A stretch of DNA of 64,000 bases from the NCBI RefSeq assembly GCF_964204645.1, contig NC_134026.1, positions 5,231,950-5,295,949 on the forward strand. Reading direction: 5' to 3'. The stretch's first letter is position 1, and each line of letters opens with the position of its first letter. Below the pieces are notes generated by a model. It did not search any database, was not told the DNA's origin, and was given only the letters and a program-made list of their open reading frames with translations. Both the position numbers and the translations under genes were made by a program. Positions 1 through 10,180 of the stretch are shown here, one piece after another. The stretch comes from Tubulanus polymorphus. Its lineage: Eukaryota; Animalia; Nemertea.

Positions 1-513
1 CCTAGACAGGAACCGGTTAAAATGACCGATCCCGAGGAGCAACCAACCCTCAATGACGACGAGGGGGAGGAAGATGAAGACTGTGTCTGGACACGGTCAC
101 ACCCCGAGACAACGGCAGTTATTCAAGAACCTCTTGTAACAAACCCTTCCCAAAACCATCGCGAGCCTCCTACTCAAAACCGCTCCAAGCCTGGGCCTTC
201 GAACATTACAAACACTGAGGGGCACAGAAGACTCAGGCCCAGAGTAGGGATCAGGCGCCCTAGTCGGTTCGTAAACTCATGTACAGTCAATAACGATGAT
301 TCGCTAGCCAACCAAAATAGGGCCTCAGACCCTTTGGTGGATCCAAACACACTTATAGGACCTCCAGTCGCCTCGGACAAGATTGAGCAGAACAACATTT
401 TTGATATAGAACTGATCCAAAATTGCCAGAAATGTCGCGAAGTTCGGTCCCGGATTAACATGAGGAAAGGCTACTGGTTAGAAATGGGCCGGTACCTTAA
501 ATCAAAGGGTTAA
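1..513 (+). CDS. C-terminal tail of a retrotransposon polyprotein (5'-truncated by window)
   Basis: Frame 1 is open from base 1 to TAA 513; low-complexity acidic/Pro-rich sequence with RRLRPRVGIRRPSRF, resembling the post-integrase 'R.R.R..P.R(F/Y)' tail of gypsy pol. Confidence 0.55.
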   Translation, partial: PRQEPVKMTDPEEQPTLNDDEGEEDEDCVWTRSHPETTAVIQEPLVTNPSQNHREPPTQNRSKPGPSNITNTEGHRRLRPRVGIRRPSRFVNSCTVNNDDSLANQNRASDPLVDPNTLIGPPVASDKIEQNNIFDIELIQNCQKCREVRSRINMRKGYWLEMGRYLKSKG

Positions 514-759
514 ATCCTATATATATATTTAGTACCCTTGTATATAACCCTGCCTATATATTTACTTAGTTTTAGTAGACAGTTTATTATCATTTGTAAC
601 TGGTGGTGACTAGGATTTCAGACCCCTTGCACCTCCTGATGGTATGCTTGGGACCACCCACCTTGCATGATTCGGGTGGTATCTGAATGAACAGAATCTC
701 CGCCATTTAGTCTTGTCGTTGCAGCCAACTCATGTTTTGAACTATTTATCGTTTCTAGC

Positions 760-1593
760 ATGGACTGTATCGAGTTAGACCAGTTATCTAGCCTCCACGA
801 GGCGACACAGACCCTTAAACGGCAGGTCTCGAAAGAAGTCTGTTCCACCCTTCACAGACAGGACAAGACCCTCAGCGAATTGAGAGCCAAGATGGGCAGA
901 CTTTATAACTCTGCCATAGAACAGTCGTTTGTGGAGGATCCTGGTCGCATAGTAACCGGTGCGGTAGTAACCGGTCTCAAGACGACAAAGACCCGACGTT
1001 TTCGGCCGAAGATGAGCACAGCTGCATTTGAGTACATCAGCCAGGAACTAGTGAACGCCCTGGCCGAATGTGGTGGTGACTCCTCGTACATCTGGTCGAA
1101 ACTTGGAGACTTGAAACAGAGGGCAGTTGAGGACTTACCAATCGTGTTGCTGGGAGACTCGATGTTTACGGGGCTAAAGGCCAGCGGCGGTTTGATTCCA
1201 ATTTGCCACCCTGGTGAACGACTCGGTGATTTGTTGGAGTACCTCCCACATGTATCCTTTAGGGCAAGAGCGATTGTGGTCACGCATGGTATGAACCATG
1301 CCGGCGATTATGGCAGGACGACAGAGGAGTTGGCGGAAGTTTTGGCGCTACTCAAGGGCAAGCACCCTTCTGTTCCCCTTTTCCACCTACAGACCCCTGT
1401 CCCTCCTTGCTGGCGTGGTGACCACAATCGGGTAAACAACATCAACCGGGTTAACGTCTTCGCCCTCCGTGCCGGGTTCCAACAGGCCGACCATCCAGAT
1501 ATCCCGGATTCTGATTTTGTGGGGATCCACTACAAAAAGTCGGCCATGCACTATGTCTGTCGGGAAATAATCCGTGTGGTAGATCGCGCCTGA
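760..1593 (+). CDS. Coiled-coil + SGNH/GDSL esterase-like protein, 277 aa
   Basis: SGNH blocks in order: I VLLGDSM, II CHPGERLGDL, III IVVTHGMNH, V DFVGIHY; N-terminal heptad-like helix (LDQLSSLHEATQTLK...LSELRAKM). Confidence 0.75.
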   Translation: MDCIELDQLSSLHEATQTLKRQVSKEVCSTLHRQDKTLSELRAKMGRLYNSAIEQSFVEDPGRIVTGAVVTGLKTTKTRRFRPKMSTAAFEYISQELVNALAECGGDSSYIWSKLGDLKQRAVEDLPIVLLGDSMFTGLKASGGLIPICHPGERLGDLLEYLPHVSFRARAIVVTHGMNHAGDYGRTTEELAEVLALLKGKHPSVPLFHLQTPVPPCWRGDHNRVNNINRVNVFALRAGFQQADHPDIPDSDFVGIHYKKSAMHYVCREIIRVVDRA

Positions 1594-2109
1594 ATGTGTT
1601 TCCTTCGGTACCTAACGATGGTTCACCTGGAGTCGCTTATTCTTTGTAATGTTAGTGACAAAAAGCCATTCAGTCCAAATACTACCACACGTGACCCCCC
1701 AGATGTAGCACACCCCATTGCGAACAGTTTCTTTCCGTTTTCTTTTGATTGTATTTTTCAGCTTCCCAGGACGAGGAACAGTGGCAGAGGGGCAAGCCAA
1801 GTGCAGTGTCCATTGGCCGTATCTACCTTTTGATGGTATAGATATTTTTGGTTAGACACTACGCTTAGGTGCGCCCCGAAAACAAACCACAAACCATTAG
1901 TGAAGATCGAAAGCTGCATGTATTATCATCACTGAGATGCAACCCTAATGCGAAACAACGACTACGCCATGTTAGATGTCTACTGTATCCAGAGCCGAGA
2001 AGTTTGGAGCTTAATATACTTTAATAAGGACTATAATTTAATTTGTGTAGATATTTTGACTATATATTCCTGTTCAAATAGGAGTTTGAACAAGTTGAAG
2101 GGGGGGTGG

Positions 2110-2301
2110 TGTGATGGAATATGTCCATCAGTCGTTTTCTATGTTGTAACTGGAGGGTGCTGCCCTCTCTCTCGAAAATACAGAACAATAGGTGATTGTG
2201 TTAATATCTTTTGTCCGCCTTTTTACTGGTTTTTGGGCTCTCAGAGTCGATATTTGGAGGAAACTTCTACTGTGGAACAGGCAGAATAGGACCTCGTTAC
2301 A
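2110..2301 (+). repeat. Putative 3' LTR (TG...CA)
   Basis: Starts TGTGATGG right after the PPT; ends TCGTTACA; a second TCGTTACA at 2631-2638 makes the right boundary uncertain. Confidence 0.45.
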
Positions 2302-2772
2302 CAAAATGAAGTCGAATTGTCATTTCAAACAGCATAATAAGAGTAATTTATTGTACATAGTGAATCAATCTCGACTGCAGTGGTCTATTACTGGGCAGAA
2401 AATCTGCGCGTTGGCCATCTGCTGTGCGAACCTTCTCAAAATCTATTAAATGCTGACAATACATTTCACACTGACTGATGACTGCCCCGTTACGTGCACG
2501 ATGATTTTTAGACGATATTTCAATAGATCTTAGCTGGAAATGATTTTAATAATTAGAACAAGATTCATCAATTTAGAAAAAATGTATTTATTTTTTTTGA
2601 AAACACTGGGCTGCATGCAGCCATCCATCATCGTTACAGTTATTCGTCTAATAATTACACCCACACAGTGAAATGCCTACCACGTGGCCACTGTCCTTGA
2701 ACTCTTGCGAACCGAAACTCCAACACTTAACTCGTAAATCGTATGGCCCTTGAGGTATTCCATGTATTCCAT

Positions 2773-2972
2773 AATACCTCAAGGGCCATACGACTTACGA
2801 GTTACTTTTTACGACTTACGAGTTACGTTTTACGAGTTACGATTTACGTTTTACGAGTTACTTATACATTTCCTTGAATATCCGTTACGACTTCCGCTTT
2901 ATGAAGTAAGTTTTTAAATCGTAAGTCGTAAAACGTAACTCGTATGTCGTATGGCCCTTGAGGTATTCCATA
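2773..2972. mobile_element. MITE with TIR AATACCTCAAGGGCCATACGAC and internal TTACGA(G/C) microrepeats
   Basis: 2773-2805 is the reverse complement of ~2935-2967; an extra terminus sits at 2728-2763; a related partial copy lies at ~12240-12356. Confidence 0.75.
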
Positions 2973-3304
2973 AGGTATTCCATATATATCTAACAAAAAT
3001 GACCCGGCCGCTGCGAAGAAACTAAGTATCATTTTTGTTTGGCCTTGAAGTTGGAATTATTTATGTCACCACTTCGGGGAAGCTATGCATTTATGAGAAA
3101 TAACGCTAGAGGTTTTCATCAATAAATGTTAACGTTTTTATTCTTAGATTTCAATAAATTATTCTAAAATTTAAGAAAAAAAACAGGCGGCGGCTGAATT
3201 AGGAGAGGGAGCTGTTGGGAATCAAGTAATTTATTTTTATGGCCTTATTAAAGTTCCACGATTGTTCAGCTGGCTACTGGCGCGAGTTCAACCCGGCAGT
3301 TGAA

Positions 3305-3900
3305 CCTTCGATAACTCCATTCAACAATAAAGAGACACAATTGCGGTTTTTCAGAGTTTGTTGATATCATTAACATGCGCTATTGATCACAATTGGAATA
3401 CGTCACCGGCTGACCACAGTGTGTAAGCATAGGAATTTATTCACCTCCGCTTTCTCACACTGTGCAGACATGCTTCCGTGGATTCTCCTGGCGATCATGA
3501 TCCTGGCTATCTTCGCTGCGCTCCTGTTCCTGCTTCCTGAGGAACGACGTCTTTATGTTTTATGTGTTACTGTTCGTCTCCGTGTTGTCCTGCACTGTTC
3601 CGTGTTAATTAATCCGTTCTATTTTTCTGGGCCGATTTCTCTGTCGAATTTCAACATTTGCTGGAACAAAACTAATGTCCGAAAGTGTCGGCTCTCCTTC
3701 GCCGGTCACTTGTCGAGGATGTCAGACAAAGAGTCGGTCAGGAAATGGCTGCCCTCTACACGCCCTCATACGGAACACGAAAACTAGAATGACGAGGCCT
3801 CACTCTCCCCACGTATCAACAGAGTGTGCTGGGTGACGTCAATGATGGGCAAGTCAGTCGGATTGCACGGGTTAAAAATGGAGTGGTAAAGCTGGACTGT
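3305..3900 (-). pseudogene. Degenerate coding relic ending in a RING-finger-like motif
   Basis: Minus-strand frame reads ...RKQEQERSEDSQDHDRQENPRKHVCTV*ESGGE*IPMLTHCGQPVTYSNCDQ*RMLMISTNSEKPQLCLFIVEW, resembling a decayed C3HC4 RING with several stops. Confidence 0.4.
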
Positions 3901-4464
3901 CTACTAGTATTCATTGATTCCTTTTCAGGAATTGCTTCGGGCAAAGATTTAGTCTTGTCTTGCTTTGCGTTCTAGCATTCATTGATTCCTTTTAAGGGAT
4001 TGCTTCGGGGGCAGGGATTCATTTCCCTGTCTTCCTTTGCGTGCTAGGATTCATTGATTCACTGCGGGATCGCTTGCGTGCTTGCATTCATTGATTCCTT
4101 TTAAGGGATTGCTTCGGGCAGGGATTAATTTCCCTGTCTTCCTTTGAGTGTTAGTATTCATTGATTCCCTGTGGGTTGCTTCGGGCATGGATTAAGTCTT
4201 GTCTTCCTTTGAGTGCTAGTGCGGGCAATCCAGTTGCGCTGCCCTATTTTTGACTTGGGCAATTCGATATGTTTGTCAGTTACTGACGTCACCCGGCACA
4301 CCCTGTCGGTAAATGGTGAAAGTAAGACGGCTTCATCCTGGTTTTCGTGATCTGTGTGAGGACGTGTAGAGGGCAGTATATTCCTGGCTGGTTCTTTGTC
4401 TGGTGTCCTCGGCATGTGACCGGCGACGGAGAGCTGAAAAGCTTTCGGACATTAGTTTTGTTCC
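3663..4464 (+). ncRNA. Candidate long hairpin RNA (arms ~3663-3901 and ~4223-4464)
   Basis: Arms are diverged reverse complements (GGAACAAAACTAATGTCCGAAAG / CTTTCGGACATTAGTTTTGTTCC at the base); most transition differences form G.U pairs on the + strand. Confidence 0.6.
3904..4220. repeat. Tandem array of 5 units (four of ~65-72 bp, one truncated) in the hairpin loop
   Basis: Units begin (C/T)T(A/T)G.ATTCATTGATTC at ~3904, 3972, 4044, 4081, 4151. Confidence 0.9.
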
Positions 4465-4504
4465 GTACCAGGTTTTCATCGCTCTTCTTTTTTTTTCATT
4501 TCAG

Positions 4505-7500
4505 GACTCCCAAGATGAAGAAGATGCTGAAGGCGACTACAAAGAAGAAGATGGCGAAAAAAGAACACCGAACTCGGCAATATTGAAAGTTAAGTTGATA
4601 CACATGTAAATTACGATGTATGATACAGAAAGGATTGTGTAACTACAGAATATCGCTCTTTAACTCATTTCAGGTTAATCCGGAAAGGCCCATCTAAAAT
4701 CTACCCACTAGAAGTGCCAACAAAAGACTCCACGTTGAATCAACCAAACACCGAAAGTACTGCCGCAACCAAACCTGGCAGTCTCATCCTGCATGGCAAC
4801 AGGAATGCATACATACATAAAGCTAAGTTGATTTTTCATAGATATCAAAAGCTCTGATGCAAAATTAGCAGTTTGAAATAGTGACAATCCAAACAAGATC
4901 TGAAATTCTTCTCATATTGAAATTTCAAGCCCCGTATAAAATATTGTCGGAGACAATTTTGATTATAGCTAGGAAATTAATTGATTGATTAGGTATCTAA
5001 GATGAAGATTAATTCAACATCTTCATGTTAGGTAAAGGTGCTCAAATCTAAACCATAGGGGTTGATAAGGGGTTGACAAGGTTTCTTAAATCTGTAGAAC
5101 CATGTTGACCAGGATCAATGTGTTCAATGCTGGCAGCGCACTATTCAGTTAGTTATAACATCATGATTACAAGATCATTGTATATATAAGGAGCAATATT
5201 TAGAATTACTGAAATGGATCACTGGATACAGATGTCACCATCTGTGGGTACTAGAAAATCTCTCTTTAAGTTTATTAATTGACGATGAAGTTAATTTGAT
5301 AATACGAATATGGTTTAGCCGACAATCGAAATGTATATAGGGCAATATCACTAACTGTATGATGGGCCTGGGTTTGAATAAAAGCCTACTGGCGCCTGGG
5401 TTTCAAAGAGAAAGAGACTCATCAAGAATAAATGAAGGTAGAAGAGAAAAACAGTAGAAAAAACGATTTGATAAGATTTATTATGCATTACTAAATTTGT
5501 TGTAACTCAGGTATTCCTAAAGATGACTATAGATGCTTCTTTAATCGAATTGCTGTTAAACTATAATAATCAACCATTGCTTAGATATCTAGAATATAGA
5601 TGAATAACAATATGAGTTGAATTTCATGTACGTAAATATCATCTATTAATTGACTATTATCAAATTCTACGTATCGGTCCACATTGCTGATCTTATATGT
5701 GAATTGACATGTTCATTATGATCAGTGATATTCGAAAGGATTTTTCTGCTTACAAGATTCTGCTCTTTTTTTAGCTAAACTACTAATCGACTAGTCGTAG
5801 AATTTACAAAATGATCTTCAACCTTGTAATATAGATATCCAAAATCTCGATGTATTAAAATAGGCAGAAAAAAGTTAACCCCAATCAGTCGCTTTCTGAC
5901 TGGTTGGAAGATTGTTTGAATGAACCGGAGCCGAATTTCCCAATTACGTGCTTGGATTTAATGAAAGAAAATTATGTAAACTCGACCGCCGATCACACAA
6001 CTATATCTGTACTTCGATTTCCGATTTTGAAGAAAAAACCGCCTGTTTCGCTCCCGGCAGGTGTGGTGGGTTTGTTGGGACACCAACTCAAATCAATCAA
6101 ACGAAATCTACCAATCGCCAGCAGAAGAAACAAACCAACTCAGAAGATCGTCACCGATACTCAACCAAACGAAATCTACCAATCGCCCACAGAAAAATCC
6201 AAACAACTCAGAAGATCGTCACCGATACTCAACCAATCAATCTTGAATGTAAGTTTATTTTTATGGAAATTTTTATGAACGTTATGATAAATTCTAAATG
6301 AAATATTTTGTCATTACTGGATATCTTCTTTTATTGCAGCTGGATTTCAACTATCAGAAAATCCCAAGCTTGAGATCAACTACCCGTCCAAAATCGACCA
6401 ACTGGAACAGCGCACGATGAGGCCAATTAGAATCCAACTGATTAACCAACCAACTAAGATGATCCACGCCGATTACGAACCAAGCGATTTTAAAAGGTAA
6501 CTTGATATACATGAAATTATTACGATTAATTCTTATTGAAATATTTTGTCATTACAGGATACCTTCTTTTTATCATTGCAGCTAAATTTCAACTATAAGA
6601 AAAAGTCCAGCTTGAGATCAACTACTCGTCCAAAATCAACAAACTGGAACAGGGCACAGAAGAGGCCAGAACTGAACCCAGCAATCTTAAAAGGTAAGTT
6701 GATATACATGAAATTACCAGTATATAGAAATTTCAGTCCTCATATGAATATCATTTAATAAGTGACTATCATCAAAATCTATTTACCGGTCCACATAGCT
6801 GAGCTTTTATCTTTAAACTTTTATCTTCACTAGTCTTGAACAGTGATGAACTAGTCCTACTACTACTACTAATTGATTATTGGGGTTTGAATTGACAATT
6901 GACGTCAATGAATTTTACTTTGTGAAAAACACGGTGGCTTGTAATTTGAAATGACATGTAAATTATGATAAATCTGTCTGAAATGTTTTGCTTTCTTCAC
7001 TTTGTTTCAGCCAAACTACATCTCGGCAATAATGGCCTGAAGAAGATACTCACAGGTAGATGAATACTGATAGACCCATTTCCTGATGAAAACTGCAGAA
7101 GCCCAGATGAGAAGTTGAGGAGCCAGCAACAGATTAATCACTCAACGATGGATTCTTCTACAATCGGTGGTTGATTTCTATAAAACATTTTATCAGGAGC
7201 AGCAGAGACAATAGTGAATCTTATAAACACTGATTCAAGCGACAAAGCTAATGGATTATCTCATAAACACTGATTCAGGATAAACACTGTTATAAAAGCA
7301 GCAAAGACAATAGTGTATCTTATTAAGAGCAGCATAAATAATAGTGCATCTTATAAACACTGAGATCCAGGATCGGCAAAGACAATATCGGACTTCTGTA
7401 GTAAAGTATTGATTTTGTTACTTATCGTCTTTTTCAAACCAGTCTGATGGATAATATAGTGTTTTCCAGGAAACTATTTGATAATAATTTATGCAATGTG

Positions 7501-7515
7501 AGAGTCTAATAAAAG
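4505..7515 (+). ncRNA. Putative spliced lncRNA or decayed gene built from duplicated exon-intron units
   Basis: Acceptors before 4505, 4674, 6061, 6340, 6582, 7011; repeated donor context A(A)AG|GTAA(G/C)TTGATATACATG at ~6496 and ~6694 (variants ~4589, ~6249); AATAAA 7508-7513; no consistent ORF across units. Confidence 0.4.
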
Positions 7516-8060
7516 CTAAGCTCCATTAATTCACGATTTTGGTATTCGATCCTTGGTCGATAGATAAGTCAAGTTAGGTTAGTCACTAGGAGTAAACGGT
7601 CGCGCCGAGTGCGTAGTTTGGATTCGTAGGTCTGTTGAGTTAACTCCTAAACTGAGATACAGTTTCAACATGAATTGTGAGTTTAATCTTCAAACTTACC
7701 ATAGCTAAACATAGTCAACTATGGTATTTGTCGGTGTAGATATCACATAGTTAGGAAACATAGAACATAACGTTTGACCCGTGTTAATGTACAAATATTA
7801 ACTATTTGCTGAATTGTAGATGTACTAATTTGATGGCATTGATATTTTCGGAAGGCCCATGTAACCAATTTGAGAAATTTGAAGTGAATCGTAGATTTCG
7901 ATTTTCACATTGACCTTTAAGCCTCCATCAATCTGTTTGATGATCATAGCCACGTAATTGAAAACTAAAGCTTTATCTGAAAGGAGACCATTATTTACAT
8001 TTGAGAGGTAAAGCTAGGCATAAAGTTATAGCTAGGACTAATTTTGAACGTTTTAACATT

Positions 8061-8723
8061 GTTTATAGCTGTTTGAACCTCTTTTATTGTAATGGGTAAA
8101 TCCATCACGAGATGGCTCTCGTGAATAATCACTTAGCTTCAAATCGGGTGTATAATGATTATTAAGGAGTGGCAGTGAATCGGTAGCGCTTTTTCAAAAT
8201 GGGCCCAGAACTTTACAGTGAAAAAATGCCTGCAGTTGTAAATAGAGGAGTATAAATAATACATAATTCAAAATACAAGTACATAAATTAATTCTAAAAA
8301 ATAAAAAACCAATAAATAATAAATATAATAAACAACAATACAAACAAACAATAAATTAATATTCTATTTACATGAAAAGGCATTTTTTCAATTATTTATC
8401 AACAAGGTTCTTCATTTATCGAACAACCTTCCCTAAGTATAGCGAAAACCCGAGATCTTTTCTGTTGTTATTCAAAGCATTCTATCAACTCAGTTGTAAT
8501 GAATAAAACAAATAACAATAAACCTTAACTTAATCGAACACACTTAAAAAAAACTGATATGATAGAATGCTTTGAATAACTGTGATGAAAGATCGACCGT
8601 CCTTTCAACTAGCCGCGCTCAATCACTGCTGTGACTGTTTATTGTTATACTGGGGTAGACTCACTGTCTAAAATCTAGTAAATACTTTTTACTTTTTTAA
8701 AAGAATGTTAAACAGCTATAAAC
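8061..8723. mobile_element. Non-autonomous DNA transposon-like element
   Basis: Inverted ends GTTTATAGCTGTTTGAAC / GTTAAACAGCTATAAAC; inner inverted pair GTTATTCAAAGCATTCTATCA / TGATAGAATGCTTTGAATAAC. Confidence 0.45.
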
Positions 8724-9336
8724 TTAACTTTTCAGTGGTTCATGAAATACTGATTTAATTAAGGACCTGTAGAAAATAGCAGCAGTTTCATGATAACTTT
8801 AGGATACAATGCTAATTGGTCAATTGTCCTAGCTTTGTTTTGATTATCGGTTTAACCGGGCCTGTAATATCTGGACAAGAAGAGTTTCTGATCTTGATAT
8901 AGAGTTGTATTCATATCTACGATCAAATTGAATAATATAATTAAGTTACTGTAGCTTTGTCTGTTAAACCATATTTGTTTGAAGATACTCGATTTGAATT
9001 GTCACGAAGAAAAACCTTTATAATAGTTTGCCGGGTTTAATCTAAGGAATAAATGCCACTTGACCTTGGGGCAAGCATATATGTATTATCACTTGACCCT
9101 CAAAAATCAACCTGTCCTACATGAGCAGTGCGATTGTGACACATTCATCCCTTGCATCGAGTGGGCAACTTGTTCACTGTGGTGCTTTTCGATCAGTGGT
9201 TCATAAAATACTATTTTTTATTAAGGTCCTTATGGAAAAGGAGCAGTCTCCTGATAAATGAGGATATATGAAGTGTTAATTAGTAGATTGTGCCAGCTGT
9301 ATTCAAATTGACAGGTGAACAATTTTATCTTGTTGA

Positions 9337-10180
9337 CATCCTCCCCCGGGCAGGGATTCGAACCTGATGGCATCGAGATTGCCACGGCACGAAACCCTGC
9401 TATAAAGCCTAGCGCACATCGACACTGCGATTGGAGACAACTAGTTGCCAGGCAGTTTTCGGCGCATGAGAGCAACTGGCTGGATACAATCAGTTGCTCG
9501 AATTTGTCGATGTGAGCGCGCTTACGACTGGTTAGCGTCCATCTATCTCCAGTTCCACCCAGTTGCTCATGTTCTACTTTTGAGCAACTAGTTGTACTCA
9601 GTTGCTCTCATATCCGTCGATGTGAGCGCTCCATAATCAACAACACATGGTTGTAACTGACTAAAACAAAGCTATTTGTCACGTGACTTGTGATGCCCTC
9701 AAGAATATTTGCTAAACCACATCTCAGTCGCTGTCGAAGTGTGCGCTATGGACCTAGCGACCGGCATGAGCCACGCAGTTGCTGGGGTTTACTAAGTTTT
9801 CGATGTGTAATCGAAATGCCCGATATGTGTGATGCCCGATATATAAAGTACTCGCTCACTAGCAACTAGTTGTCTCCAGTCGCTTTGTCGATGTGCGCTA
9901 GGCTTAATCGACCGTGTGCGCAGATACATGCGCAGTTCAGATGATGTGATTTTTAGCCAATCAGAAATCCCGTTTGATTTTAGCCCGGGTTTTCCCATTT
10001 ATAGTTCTTCCTTGAAATTTGCCTCAACGATTATACAACGAGCAATCTGATTGGTGCCGCCAGTTTTCGTTCGGAAAGCTGCGCATGTACCTGCGCACCC
10101 GGTCTACTGATGCGCAGGGGTTCGTGTCGTGGCTGAGTGTAGCGATGCCATCAGGTTCGAGTCCCTGCAGAGGGAGGATA
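9337..10180. mobile_element. MITE with ~65-bp TIRs and 9-bp TSD, carrying a nested MITE
   Basis: CATCCTCCCCCGGGCAGGGATTCGAACCTGATGGCATCG vs CGATGCCATCAGGTTCGAGTCCCTGCAGAGGGAGGATA; TSD TCTTGTTGA at 9328-9336 and 10181-10189. Confidence 0.8.
9406..9904. mobile_element. PIF/Harbinger-type MITE nested in the previous element
   Basis: TIR AGCCTAGCGCACATCGACA / TGTCGATGTGCGCTAGGCT; TAA on both sides (9403-9405, 9905-9907). Confidence 0.8.

Larger units (their letters stand above)
1..2301 (+). mobile_element. 3' part of a Ty3/gypsy-like LTR retrotransposon (pol tail, extra ORF, PPT, 3' LTR)
   Basis: Intronless, GC-richer ORFs; purine tract GAAGGGGGGGTGG (2097-2109) directly followed by TGTGATGG at 2110; candidate LTR ends ...TCGTTACA at 2301 (alternative at 2638). 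No RT/integrase core is inside the window. Confidence 0.65.

Noticed and set aside
3383-3787. 134-aa ORF with hydrophobic stretch (MLPWILLAIMILAIF...)
   Set aside because: Best explained as the antisense reading of a charged, purine-rich coding relic on the minus strand; it runs into the hairpin arm.
3904-4220. CRISPR-like repeat array
   Set aside because: Whole units are homologous with no unique spacers; eukaryotic context; no cas genes.
5904-6301. Three overlapping ORFs
   Set aside because: Arise from a T-poor ~59-bp tandem duplication; no recognisable domain.
10120-10170. tRNA gene
   Set aside because: Only a B-box-like motif inside a MITE TIR; no cloverleaf.
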